A stretch of DNA of 62,738 nt, filler included, from Bonamia ostreae (Eukaryota): the NCBI GenBank assembly GCA_040357525.1. It is 12 parts of 12 records of this genome, joined end to end, with 100 filler letters (N's around TTAATTAATTAA, not from the genome) between each part and the next. Parts side by side here need not be neighbours in the genome. Positions count along the whole stretch, not along the records: positions 10,597 to 15,786 come from JBDODL010000221.1; positions 15,887 to 21,073 come from JBDODL010000222.1; positions 21,174 to 26,334 come from JBDODL010000223.1; 9 more parts are not named here. The stretch is one strand, 5' to 3'. Shown in pieces: positions 12,101 to 25,168 of this stretch. Within the stretch, counting starts at the first letter, position 1. Each line of letters begins with the position of its first letter. The notes under the pieces were generated by a model. It saw only the letters and a program-made list of their open reading frames with translations, was not told the DNA's origin and did not search any database. The position numbers and the translations under genes were made by a program.

Positions 12101-12494
12101 TGTATGAATAAATTCTTTTCAAAATTATATTTTGCGTTTAAATACGTTTTATTGCAAACTTGGTTTTGATAAATCTCTTTGCAAACTATTTTTATAATTT
12201 CCAAAGCAAAAGACTTGTTCAAAATTATAAAATGAATTTGAAGTTTATATAAAAATTCAAATGTTAAAAACTGGAAAATTTCGTTTTTGTGAATTTGAAA
12301 AAATTTGAATTTTCTTAAATTTAATGTCACCGTTCTTTTGTTCCATGTTTTACATTAATGTCACAAACAGCAAAAAATAAATTAACGCCACAAAAATAAA
12401 CTTTCGTTTATTCTCAGGTTTATCGGGAAACTTGAGAAAAGTGTTTTAAATGTTTATACACCGAAAAAGATTTTTCAGATTTTGAAAATTTAAT

Positions 12495-12878
12495 ATGTAC
12501 TATCCTAACTATTCATGTTGCCCGAGCTCGACTATTGTCATAGTTGTTTCGCCATGTGGGTCACCTCAGTTTCAACAATATGGTCATGACCACTATTCCA
12601 ATGGTCAATATGGTGGTCATGGCCATTATGGTCCTGGTCAATATGGTTATGGATATGGTCCTTACCATCCATATTCTACATGCACCACAACAACAGAACC
12701 ACCTACAGCAAATCCGATGAGTTGGGTTACGCTTGTGAATACGACCACGCCAGTTCCTGCTGTAGTACCTAGTGTTGACGAATCGGTATCGAAGAAACCA
12801 ACCGAAATTGTTGCTACAATTGCGCCAACATTTACTAGTCCACCGAATATCAATTCAAAGAAGTGGTTGAAGAAGTAA
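12495..12878 (+). CDS. Orphan low-complexity Gly/Tyr/His-rich and Thr/Pro-rich protein
   Basis: Intact 127-aa ATG ORF, GC-richer than its flanks, with QYGxxxY repeats. No family recognised. Confidence 0.55.
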   Translation: MYYPNYSCCPSSTIVIVVSPCGSPQFQQYGHDHYSNGQYGGHGHYGPGQYGYGYGPYHPYSTCTTTTEPPTANPMSWVTLVNTTTPVPAVVPSVDESVSKKPTEIVATIAPTFTSPPNINSKKWLKK

Positions 12879-13673
12879 TTTTCAGATTTTATTAAATTTC
12901 TTTGTTTTAGTTTTGCGAATTATCGAAAGTTTAAAAAATAAAATTAATGTTTTGAAATGGAAAGTTACATATTTATTACATCTCCGTTTGACTATCTATA
13001 TATTTTGCGAGCTCGACTGTCAGCATAATTCTTTATCATATCATTTTTATTTATCTTCAAGCCATTTTTATTTAATAGATTTTATTTCTATTTATTCGGC
13101 TAATTGGCCCTTTGAGCCCTCATAGCTTCCTCATTTTAATTAATGTGTTGTTTCAACGCGTAATCTAATGATTTGTTTTACGTATTCAAAAGTTCCGAAG
13201 AGTACAAGTTGAGGCAGAAGAGAACTTCCTCTAGAGAAACCTCTGGTCATATTAATCCTATTCTCTTTAACGTTGGTACTTTGGTACGATTAGACTTTGA
13301 TTTGAGATGCTTTCTTCAGAAACGAATTAGATTTAATTTGATCGTCCTTTTTATATAATAAACTTGGTTTCTATTTGTTTAAACTTGGTTTCTATTTGTA
13401 TTGAGAACTTGTTATCGCTTAATTAAATAAAAGACGATCGGCAGATAAACAAATTCGGGATATTTTTGTTAAACAGTTAACATCCAGTCAAATATTCATT
13501 TGTATGGATCTTTCGAAAGGTTTTTACTTATTGAAAGTTCAGTAAAAATATGCTCAATTTTAAAAGAGATTTCAACACAAACCCGATGTAAAACTAATAA
13601 AGTGTACGTTTTTAGGTATAAAAACAAATCAGTATCTTGTTATATTAGACAACCCCTTCAAAAATAACCTCGT

Positions 13674-15689
13674 ATGGAAGATACCTTAACCAATTCTATA
13701 CCCAAAGACAAAAAAACAAGCGACGAAAAAACTCTCTCTAATAAAGAAGATTTGGATAAGATACAAAGTAATGAAAATTCAACAAATGACGATATTGAAA
13801 GTTTAAACGGGGATCAAAATATATCGAGATTTCAAAAAGATGGCCACAATGTCTCCAAAAAGGACCACATTTTAAGCATTATAAAGTTTGATTTAAAAAA
13901 ATAAATCATCTATCTGCTCTTTAAAAAATAAATATCTAAAAAACTTTAAAAAATAAAGCGCCGTTGTCAATTATATCAATACGTTGGTTGGAGCTGGAAT
14001 AATAGCTCTTCCTATAACATTTGCACTTGCTGGAATAGTTTTTTCAATACTTATTTCCCTTGTATGCGCTTTGCTAATTTTCTACACGGCTGACTTGATG
14101 ATAAAAGTAAGTTTGAAATTAAAGAAGACGAGAAATATACAAATAAATTCTTATTCAGAACTTGCCAAGGCTACTATTGGTTCGTGGTCTCAACACTTGG
14201 TTACAATACTCATTTTGTTGCTGATGTTTTTTCTGATGTCAATTTACGCCATTATTTTAAGAAAGAGTGTTAAATCACTTATCGAAGATTTTACAGGAAA
14301 GGTATTTCGATATGACAAATTGGTACTACTAGCAATTATTGCACCTGTATTTTTGCTATGCGTTCAAAGAGTTATTTTAAATCAATTTAAAGAACATAAA
14401 AAACCTTGGTTATACCTCAAGTTTATCTGCTTGCCTTGTAGTGTTCTTCATGATTGTCATCATCATAAGATCTCCTTATTACAACAAATTGGTATTTTTT
14501 TTAAATTTAGATGAATGAACTGACACCTAAAAAAATGCTTCGAAACGAGAAAAAATTAAACATTGAACGGATGCAATGGCTCTGTATGAAAATACAAAAA
14601 AACGTGAACCTTTACCAACCAAATGCGGAAGATCGGTTCAATATAGCCGAAGCCAACAATTACAACCTCCTTTACTCTAATTTAAAATTTCTCGCAAAGG
14701 ACGATTGCGAACGAGTAGATGCTGATAAAATGCAAAACACACTGGATAATTTATTATCGATTCCAACATTCTCTCCATATTCAGGAACATTGGTCGCGCC
14801 CGTGCCCACAAAATTTAAGGAAGTTGTAAGTCAAGCGCACTCTCAAAATTTGTTCGTGGAATACAGTCTTTTTGGCGCGAAAAAACGTGCCCAAACAATA
14901 AGTGACGCGTTGTCTGTTCTCGGAGTGTACATCTCTGCTTTTATAATACAACAGGCTGTGTGCTCACTATTCTTGTCGTTGGAGATAAGGACGATCACAA
15001 ATTGGCGCATTGTGCAGACAGCCGGGATGCTTATAACGTATTGTTTGTGTATGGGTGTAGCTTTAGCTGGGTACTTGGGACAAAAAGATATTATCGGAGA
15101 AACTGTCTTTGATAAGATGAAGATTCGTTATTTTATAGATACCGGACAGATAGATTACGGTTTTAATTCGCCATTTTTAGTGGTTAATGCAGGAAGAATT
15201 GCTCTGTGTGTTACGATTGCCTTAACTTTTCCAATGATGTTTTTTTATGCGAAGAAGAATGTGCTCTTGATACTATTTGCGTTGTTGGACGTTATTTGGG
15301 GGATAAAAGCAAATAAAGAAAGACCAGAAGCAAAATATTTTTACCCTGTGACAGTGGGTCTTTTTGTTTTAGTGTTGATTTTCGGTTTGTTCGTTGATAA
15401 GATTATTGTCGTCTTTTCTGTGATCGGCACCTTGTTAGCTGCTCCAATCATTTACGTTTTATTAGTTAAAGTAAGATTATACCGATCATCTGTTACTTCA
15501 GATCAGCGGGCAGACTTTCAGATCACTTAAAAAGGAATTCAAAGGTTTTTAATTAAAAAAAGATCGTTGTCCGGTTTAATCTTTAACATCATACTTCCGA
15601 TTTTTACATTGATTTTTGGCGTTTTCGCAACAATCGTCGGAACTGTGATGAGCATCCTCACTGAAATAAAAAAAATTTTGAATAAATAG
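13674..15689 (+). CDS. Amino-acid transporter, AAAP/SLC38 family, paralog B
   Basis: NYINTLVGAGIIALP, SYSELA, AFIIQQ, LTFPMMF, IIPIICYF and a final TM LIFGVFATIVGTVMSI. Long identical peptides with paralog A (KSLIEDF, DKLVLLAIIAPVFLLCV, DTGxIDYGF). The last junction needs a non-canonical site or a 1-nt correction. Confidence 0.85.
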
Positions 15690-16067
15690 ATAAATTCATT
15701 TGACTATAATTATTAAGTGCTTAAATAAATAGTGCACGCAGACTATAAAATCTCTCCATTTTCCAATTTTTATTCGAAGATATGTCNNNNNNNNNNNNNN
15801 NNNNNNNNNNNNNNNNNNNNNNNNNNNNNNTTAATTAATTAANNNNNNNNNNNNNNNNNNNNNNNNNNNNNNNNNNNNNNNNNNNNTAAAACGACATATC
15901 TTCGAAAACAAAGCGTCGAAATCGCCACAAAAATGGAAAGCTGAGAGATTAAATCTTTATTGACTCTATAATTAAGCTACAAATTTTGTGCTACCATTAA
16001 AAACTAAATTTCGCTTATAAAAACCAAACATATTGAACGATACAGTAAAATCAAAGCTAAATTTTGC

Positions 16068-18490
16068 ATGTCGTTTGTAGACGAATCGATTGGAAAGCCG
16101 TTTTCAAATTGCTGTTCTATCCCGAAAGACAAAAATTCCGTTTTTCTGACGATCAAAAACCAAATTCACCAGTACAACGCTAAAACGGGTGCACTCGAAA
16201 ACGCATTTAAAAACGAAGGCGGAATCGTAAAACTGATCGCTTTGATCAACGACTCTGACAAAATCCTCTCATTAGACGAAACAGGCAATTTGTGCATATG
16301 GGAAATCACGAAGAACACCAAAACAAAATTTTCCTTGAACACCAACGTCGACATAGCCACGAAAGCTACAAATTGCGAGAAAATATTGATATCCTCCAAG
16401 ATGGTCACCGAAAGCACAAGTTTTCCCGCTAAAATATAGAATACAACAGAAAATCGAAGGAGCGATATGAAATAAGTACAATTAACTTTGAAAATATAAA
16501 AAACGCGAATCGCAAAAAAACGCTTTCCAAAAGTCTGAAAATCGAACCGCTCTTCAAAGTTCCGAATTGCAAGTCGATCGCCATTTCGGAAAACGGATCG
16601 ACGGTCTTAGCACTTTACAACACAACTCTGCACATCTGGAAGTCGGGCGAGCGAATCCGCATCAAAACCAATTCCGATTTTTCCATCGCCGCTTTTTCTC
16701 CGTCCTCGGACATATTCGCCACAGGCGATGTGAAAGGCGTTGTGAGGATTTGGTACACCGCAGACATATTCTCCGACAACGCGGTAAAAAGTTTTTCGCG
16801 AAATTTTAGAAAACAGTTTTGGCGTTCGAACAAAATCGAAAAATGGCCTTATCCAAAAGAAACCTCGCAAAGGAGCCGGTTACAATGCGAGTTTGCACTG
16901 GCACGCCAATACAGTTTCCGCCCTCTCTTTTCACGAAGACGGCAATTACCTGATCTCGGGCGGGGAAGAAGGCGTGTTGGTGATGTGGCAGATTTCAACA
17001 GGGAAAAAGGACTTCCTTCCGAGATTGGGCGCGAAAATAAGATCCATTTTTATAAGTCGCGACAGCAAAATTTATGTCGTGATTTTGAGCGACCATTCTG
17101 TAAAAATCGTCGACACGCACACAAATCGGATAATTTCGACCATTGACAATTTGTTTCTTAATCTCAAAAACCCCAAAACACAATCTTTAAAAATTTGTCC
17201 TTTCGATAATTCGCTGGTCAGCAATGCTTTGCCCGGGTCCGTCCAATTTTTCGGTAAAAATATTTAAGTTAAGATTTCCGGCGAAGATCTTGTTCGAGTA
17301 GAAAAACAATAATTCCATTCAATACGATATCAGGGCCGTCCGAAGCGCCGATATATTTGCCAAAAATAAGCCATGTCGCGTTTGACATAAGTGGAAATTG
17401 GATGGCGACAGTAGATTGGCGGAAATTAAATCTTTTTCCTTCGCGAAAAAAAGAGCCGGGCGAGCAGACACTTAGATTGTTTTCGCTCGATAGCTTTGAA
17501 AACAGTTCCTATAAACTTAAATCCGTCATCAAAGTTACCCGCAAAAGGGGGATTAAAGTTTTAATAATAATTTCAGAAAATTGGATTTTTTCAAGGAACC
17601 GATTCACAAGAAAAATTTGTCACTGTTGACAGAAAAACAGTCACAATTTGGGAACAGAAATACTTTGACTTAAAAAATAAATTAGGTCTAAAGAGGGTCG
17701 GCACAAAAAATTTTCCTCGACACGACGTCATTTCGTTTGACTTTAGTAAAGACGGCTCTGTTTTGATGATCACTCAAAAACAAACGGTGTCTTTGTTAAA
17801 CGCGGAAAATTTATCTCTGGTTGCTGAGCTTCCTCATAGCTTGGAGTTGGTGGCTAAGGACATTTTGATGTTGAGCTTTTAATTATATGTTGATCGTATA
17901 TTAACCAAATCTCATATATTGTATTTTCATCTTTACAAAGTATTTGCTAATGGCTGCAAGTATTGTGATATTGTAGTAATTTTAGACGGGCGGTTGTGAA
18001 ACCGATTCTAAAATTTTAATTTTTATAAATTGTTAAACCGATTTAGACAAAATTATTAATGGCTGTAATTAAAAAGGGGAGCGATTTTCATCGGCAATAA
18101 TGTTTTAAGTTGGTCAAAAAACAAAATGTTTTTGTGGAAATTAGACAGTCTAAAAATTGTCCAAAAATTTATTTCTGACGCAACAATTATTGACATTTCC
18201 AAAATACCAGAATGCAAGAAAAATGCATTTGCTGTTCTTCTAAACTGTTAAATCAACTTATTTTTAGTCAAAACAGCCAAAATACATTTTTATCTAATCG
18301 AAAGCGAGAAAAGGCTCTCCAAAATTTTTGAAAAGCAGTTTTCGCAAAAAGCTTCTGAATTTAATAACAATAAATTGATTATAAAGCGATCTGAAGAAAA
18401 CATTTGCGATTTTTTATTTCTATCGAATTCTGTCACTCTGATAAAAACATGTGTCGATATTGAAGAGAAATTTGATATTTAGTCGATTAA
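16068..18490 (+). CDS. WDR75: WD-repeat SSU processome protein WDR75/Utp17 (3' end approximate)
   Basis: Signature LHWHANTVSALSF...SGGEEGVLVMWQ...KDFLPRLGAKI, plus GNWMATVD and FSKDGSVL. Several 19-20 nt introns. Confidence 0.85.
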
Positions 18491-18751
18491 ATTTGATAAA
18501 GTTTGATTACATTGTACAATATTTGATGTGTAACTATAAACGCCATCAATTTTTTTTTTGTTTTAATGGCAAATTTTGTAACACTGCAATTATAAATATA
18601 AAGTTTCCGCCATCGGAAAACTAATATAAAAAATCGGTCGATTATCCACTTTTAACTTTAATTAATTTGATGATTTACAAGCCATGCAATATTTGTTCGG
18701 CAAATTACTAACACAAATTGAAAAAAACTCCAAATCGCATTAGTCGTAAAA

Positions 18752-20909
18752 ATGATAGAATCAAATTCAGTTAAAAATTCAACATCAAAAACACCGGAAA
18801 AATCATTATCTTCATTAATAAAAACATCCGATAATCAAATTCGACTCGAATTTGAAAATATTAATGTCTTCTTTTTATAATAAAAGTATTCAATTAAAAA
18901 CAAAAAACAAGTTTTAAAAAACTGCAGTGGATGTGCGAAACCTGGGCGCATGCTGGCTATTATCGGAACATGTTTTATAAAAAAAATATGTAGCCGGCGC
19001 GGGCAAGAGTTCCCTTCTAAACATTCTTGCCGGAAGACTGCGATCGAATAAGAACTACGAAGTGAAAGGCGAAATAAGATTAAATGGGAGTACAACTTAT
19101 AGTAGCGAGGCTTTCAAACAAAACACAGCGTATGTTCTGCAGCAAGATTTGGTATATGAGACGTTGCTCGTCAGGTTTCCCAAATTATTTTGCAGAGAAA
19201 CATTTGAGCTATCAGCGTCTTTAAGATTATCAAAAGATGTCAAGAAAGAGGACAAAAGAAAATGGGTGAACTGCATAATAAAATCTTTGGGGCTCAAAAG
19301 GTGCGAGAGATCGTTAGTCGGAGGCGTGCATATTAGAGGGGTGTCTGGGGGAGAAAGAAAAAGAGTTTGTATCGGCAACGAATTGATAACGAACCCGCCA
19401 CTATTTTTCTTGGACGGTTTTATTCCATCTACATTTTTAAAAAGAGCCAACTTCGGGATTAGACAGTTACACTGCACTGAAGATAGTCGAACTGCTAATA
19501 AAACTAGCCAGGACAGGGAGGACGATTATTGTCACTCTGCATCAACCTAGTTCTGAAATGTTTTCTAAATTTGACGATTTGATGGTGGTCTCTGCCGGAA
19601 TGATCGTCTACAACGGCCCGGCTGACAAATCGATGGCTGTCTTCAGCAAAATGGGCTACCCCATGCCAGAAAACAGCAATCCCGCTGACCATTATCTGGC
19701 TGTAGTGCAAATACAAAAGAATGAAGACATCCAGAAAGTGGAAACAATGGCGGAAGAATACAAAGAAATCCTCAACGAAATAGAAAATAAAGAGGGAAAC
19801 GAAGCCGAAACAGTAACGAACGAAAAGGCGTTGGAAGAAAAGAAACTCAGAACACCCAATTTTTTAGAACAAGCGATGATTTTGACACTTAAACGGTCAC
19901 TAAAAAACTACTTTCGAACGCCTTCTTTAACGTACGTCAGAATAGTGCAGACGGTTTTCTTTGCTCTTCTCTGTGGGATTTTGTTTTTCGATCTCGGTTA
20001 CACCGAATCGGAGGTGATCGCTCGTCAAGGAGCACTTTTCTTCATTCTAACCAATTTAATGTTCAACTGTGTTCTCAATGTTGTGCTTGTATGTTTTTAT
20101 TACCAAAAAGATCATTTTAATTTTAGGTAAAGATATTCGCCATTTAAAGAAACTTTTTTTAACATTAATTTAAAGTTCCATTAGAGAAACCAATTTTTAT
20201 AAACGAAATGGCGAATGGAATGTACTGCGCATTTGCATATTTTTGTTCAAAGATATTGGTAGAGATGCCAATTAATGTTTTTAGTAATAAAACTAAAGTT
20301 GATGATTGCTATGGTGTACCAATGTATTGTATATTGGATGATTGGTTTGGCGCAGTCTTCAAAACAATTTTTTCTAATGTTTTTGATTTTAGCAACGACT
20401 TGTGAGATTGGTTACTTTGTTGGGATGTTCATCGGATCAATTTCGCCGACTTCTGAATTAGCTATCTCTTTAACTTCATTTATTTTGCTGTTTTCAAATT
20501 TTTTTTCTGTCATTTACAAATTCAAAGTTGTAAATCGATCATGATAAAAGGCCTTCGATGTTATTTGCTGGATTTTTTATTAAACCAGAAGATATGCAAC
20601 CGTGGATAAGGTGGGCTACATATGCAGACTTTTTTAGATACATGTTGGACATGTTAATTTACAATGAATTTGATGATGAATCTAGGAAATATGTTTTTTG
20701 TGTACTAAGCAAATGCCAAAATCTCACAGGCAAAGAAGTTCTGCGGAAAATAAATCTTGATGACGTTTACTTTTTAAACTAAATAGTTGGATTTCTGGGG
20801 GTGGTATGGAATAGGACTTGGTTTTCTTTTTGGATTTGCAATAATTACATTTTTTGTTCTATTATTGAAGACTAGTAAGAGAATCGGGAAGACTTTGAAG
20901 GCAGCTTAG
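18752..20909 (+). CDS. ABCG-family half transporter (White-like)
   Basis: Walker A GTSGAGKS (split by a 22-nt intron), signature VSGGERKRV, Walker B FLDEPTSGLDS (split by a 28-nt intron), LHQPS, NPADH, then the TM domain. Confidence 0.93.
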
Positions 20910-21296
20910 ATTTGTTAAATCTTTGATGTTGCTTTTTAATTATATTATCTGTACGCAATAATTCTGTTAATAAAACATAATATTGACAAATAAAAAATAT
21001 TGTTATTGAGGAAGTTTCAAAAATTTTAAAATGTGTGGTCAAGTTACGTTGATGTTACAGCTCTATCAGATTGNNNNNNNNNNNNNNNNNNNNNNNNNNN
21101 NNNNNNNNNNNNNNNNNTTAATTAATTAANNNNNNNNNNNNNNNNNNNNNNNNNNNNNNNNNNNNNNNNNNNNCAATATTTTTGTATGAGAAACAAGCAC
21201 AATTTTTAATTTTCCCACTTTAAATCGAAGAAATGCCAATGCGAATGGAAAAAAGAGAACAAAATTCATTTATACCATTCGAATTTTTTTCTCCAT

Positions 21297-21432
21297 TAAA
21301 AAAAGTAATCGACAATCCTTTTCTTCATTTAAAAAAAGTAATCGACAATCCTCCAAAAAAGGGAACCGAAATTTTTTTCTTCATACAAAAAAGGGAACCG
21401 AAATTTTTTTCTTCATTTAAAAAAGGGAATTG
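21297..21432. repeat. Short direct duplications upstream of SEC24
   Basis: AAAAAAGTAATCGACAATCCT x2 and AAAAAAGGGAACCGAAATTTTTTTCTTCAT x2. Confidence 0.7.
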
Positions 21433-21690
21433 TTTTGAATTTATTCATCTTTTAAACAAATACGATATTTATTGAAGTGTAAACGAATTAATGGATTCGT
21501 ATTATCAATGGATAGGCACAGGAAGGAAACAGGATGTTAGCCAAATAATTTCCTTTAAACGATAAACTAAAGCTACAATCGAAAACAGAGAACTAATCAA
21601 AAAATTATATTTATAAATAAATCGATTAAACTTAAGCCCGATCATAAATTATATATAAATCGAGCTTTAAAATTCTCGTATACTGAAAAA

Positions 21691-24600
21691 ATGTCTTTCC
21701 ATGGGAATTTTGCTCACATGGAATTAGCTTATCCGGAAAAAGACTCGAGCTCTGACGCGGAATCGCATTTGCCGAAAGAAAAGAACTCCGCTTTCGCACA
21801 GAGCGCGGAATCGCGGCCGAGTCTCCCTTCTTCGCGGTTCTCGGCTGCCAAGTTGAACGCGAGCGAGAGCAGAAGCGACGCCTTCGGCTACACCCCCTCA
21901 AACAGTTCCTCCTTCTAATCGCTAAAGCCAAAGCAGGAGAGCGCAGACTCAAGCCCAAATGGCTCAAGCAGATAAAGAAATGCCCCGACGACTTCATCAG
22001 CGCCTCTCACGGCAGCTTCCCGATGTCCAGGAGCGCGCTGAAGAGTGTGGGCACCGACTTTTGCGTGCACGTGGAGTGCATGCCCGCGGAGAAGGACCGA
22101 GTGCCCATCGTCGATTGCGGGAACTCGGCCATCGCGCGCTGCAGCAAATGCCGTGTCTACATCAACCCCTTCGCCGTCTTCGTCACCGGAAACAGGTTCT
22201 GAAGATGAACAAAAGCTGGATCTGCAACATGTGCCAAACGCACAACAAAGTGCCTCCTCAGTACAAAGGCTCGCTGGACAGCGAAGGAATGCGCTCGGAC
22301 CGCCTCAAAGTTCGTCTCCTAATTTTCCCAGCGGCCCGAACTCCACAGCTGCTACTACGAGTTCATCGCTTCAAACGAGTACTACTACATAGACAGGTCG
22401 CCGCAGTCGCCGATCTTCGTGTTTGTGATCGACGTTTCGACCGAAGCGGTCAAATCGGGTTTTCCTTTAAACGAGAAGGAATGTTGGCGCTGATAGGCGA
22501 AGCAGTCCCGCCGATGATCGAGCAGTTGGCCGGAGACAAGAGGGCGCAAGTCGCGGTTCTGACCTTCGACAGAGCGCTCCACTTCTACAAACTCGGGTCT
22601 GAAGGCTCTCCGCCGAAGGTCACCGTTTCCCCAGACTTGGCAAACCCCATCGCGCGGACGCCAGACAAGATGTTGGTGCGGCTCTCTGAAAACAAAAACG
22701 CGATTTGCGATTTGTTCAGAAGGTTTTTGTTGTTGCTCCAAACTGAGTTGTTCCATATTTTTGATGTCAATGTTTGAACAAATTTTTCGACCATCCAAAT
22801 TTTCGATTATATCGACTAAACTTTAATGTTCTCATCCAAATTTTTTGTACTACATTTTAATATCGGACCTGTTTCGAAAAACAAAGATTAATTTGTCTGC
22901 ATAAACATTAAATCAAGACATTCTAATATCGGATCCAACATTAAAGCTCTTTGTACATCGTTCTAAATTCTGTTTTAAACATTCTCCACAGAAACTTAAA
23001 ACAACAGAATTTAAAGCTTATAAAAAAGTCTGGAAAAAATACACGCGGAGACGAGAGACGGGGACTCTGCTCTCGGCGACGCAATGGCAACGGTTAAAAA
23101 CGTGTTTGCGCCGGTCGGCGGTAAAATCTGCGTTTTCTCCGCAGCGACACCGTCCGTCGGCGTCGGGCGGCTGCACGCCAAAATGGCCAAACCGAAAGAC
23201 AAAAAAGAGGTTAAAGACTCGTTGCGCGCTCATCTGATCGACAATTCGTCTTTCTACAGCGAGCACGCGCGTTCGATGAACGAGCGTTTCCTCTCCGTCG
23301 ACGTCTTCAAATTCGCCCTAAACCACAAACCGATGGGCTGCGGATCTTTAGGCGCTCTCTCCCATCTCACCGGCGGCAGCTTTAAGCTCTACGAGGTGAG
23401 GCCGGGAGTTGAGGAGGACTTTGGCTCCCTTTTGCAACGTTTGTCGGGCGACCTGCGGAACAGCCTGCTCCGGCCCATCGCGTGGGACGCCGTGATGCGC
23501 ATCCGCGCCAGCCACAAATTGCTGAAGAAGGAGCTCCTCGGAGACTTCGACTTAAAAAAGAGCGATCTCATGAGCTTTCCCGTTGCCGTGGGGCGCAAAA
23601 CCGTCTCGATGACCGTCAAGTTCGACGACGAAGAAGAAGACCGCATGATCTTCGACAACTTTGTTTTCTTCCAGTCGGCGCTGCTGTTTCAAAATCGAAT
23701 CTAAGGTTCACCTCGCAGAATGGCGACCGCAGGATAAGAGTCTACAATCTTGCGGTCCCGGTGACCAACTCCGCGCCGAAGGTGGCCCAATCGGTCAACA
23801 CCGCCGCTTTCCTCGCGTACATCGCCAAGATGGCGGTTTCGAAGTGCCTGGACATCGGTTTTGAAACCGGGAGAAACTTCATCCAGTCCGCGGGGATGGC
23901 TCTGATTCGCCGGTTGGCCCTCTCGACGGGCAAAGCCGTGCGGTCTGCAGAGGACCTCCCCCCGAAAGCTCGCGAGATGGCGGCTGCTCTGGTCGGCCTG
24001 CTAAAAAGCGAGGCCTTCTGCGACGCGGCGAAGGACCCCGTGCCGACCCGCTTTTCGGAGGAGTCGCGGGTGTTCGTGTCGCCGATCAGGCGCTTCCAGC
24101 GGCTGTGCTGTCTGCGCGGAGCGCCGGTGGCCTCGGCGCAGCTGTTCGCGCGGCCTTTGGTTTTCCCTCTGTTGGACGTGTTGCTTTCGGAGGATTACCC
24201 CGAAGATCCCGATAAAGTAGTCGACGTGATAAATGCAAACGCGATGAAGCTCAATTCCTTGGCTTTGGTAGCAAGCGGAGTTTTGGTGATAAGTGATGGG
24301 CAGAGACTTATCTTCCGTGTGAAAAAGGACTCGGATTCCGAGATTCTCGAGGCGTTGTTTGGAGTTTCCAGAATCCCCGCCGATGGCAGCGTTTTTATAA
24401 TTTGTTTTAACGGTTTAAAAATGATCTTTGACATTATAATTCTTTGAACAATGTGAAAATTTTGCGAACATTTTATTTTTAATCGCAAATGTTCAAAACT
24501 TTGTTGTTTGAATAAAANNNNNNNNNNNNNNNNNNNNNNNNNNNNNNNNNNNNNNNNNNNNNNNNNNNNNNNNNNNNNNNNNNNNNNNNNNNNNNNNNNN

Positions 24601-24932
24601 NNNNNNNNNNNNNNNNNATTTTGTGCGAACATTTTATTTTTAATCGCAAATGTTCAAAACTTTGTTGTTTGATATTAAATGTACATTAAAATTAGTTGTC
24701 GCTGATTAGCTTTGCGGAATCCGAATCGGTATTGGCTGATAGATTGGGAGAGGTGATTGGATTTCTGCGAAAAATTTCGTACTCGAAATGGCTCGTTCCA
24801 GAAATAATGGTCGAAAGTCAAAACGTGGACAGACTGTGTGCCGCTTATCTCTACGAAGAACGCAGCGAAACGGTGATGAGTTTAGATGAGTTTCTTAAGT
24901 ACATTGTGAAAGTTATAAATACGTCTTATTAG
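21691..24932 (+). CDS. SEC24: COPII coat cargo adaptor Sec24
   Basis: Zn finger RCSKCRVYINPF...WICNMC, RPEL, trunk FVFVIDVS, GGKICVF, AVMRIRAS, GDRRIRVYN. Introns of 20-23 nt plus two long ones, one spanning an N gap. Confidence 0.93.
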
Positions 24933-25168
24933 ATTTTCAATCTGCCACTTTACAAAACATTTTTCAAATGTCGATATACCAAAATTTTTTACTTCTAAAC
25001 TTTAACATCGATCTGTCGTTTTATGGCCGTAAGGCTAATTTTTAAAATCAACAATGTAAAAACTTGTAAACACGGAAATGAACAAAATTAGCCGTGGAAT
25101 TTTTATTGTTTTAAATTAAAACTGCAAATTTGAATTCCGCTCACATCTCACCTGAACAAGTTAGTCTA

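Noticed and set aside
13000-13340. Possible second RT relic on the minus strand (TRGFSRGSSLLPQL, NYADS)
   Set aside because: Only two weak motifs with atypical spacing.
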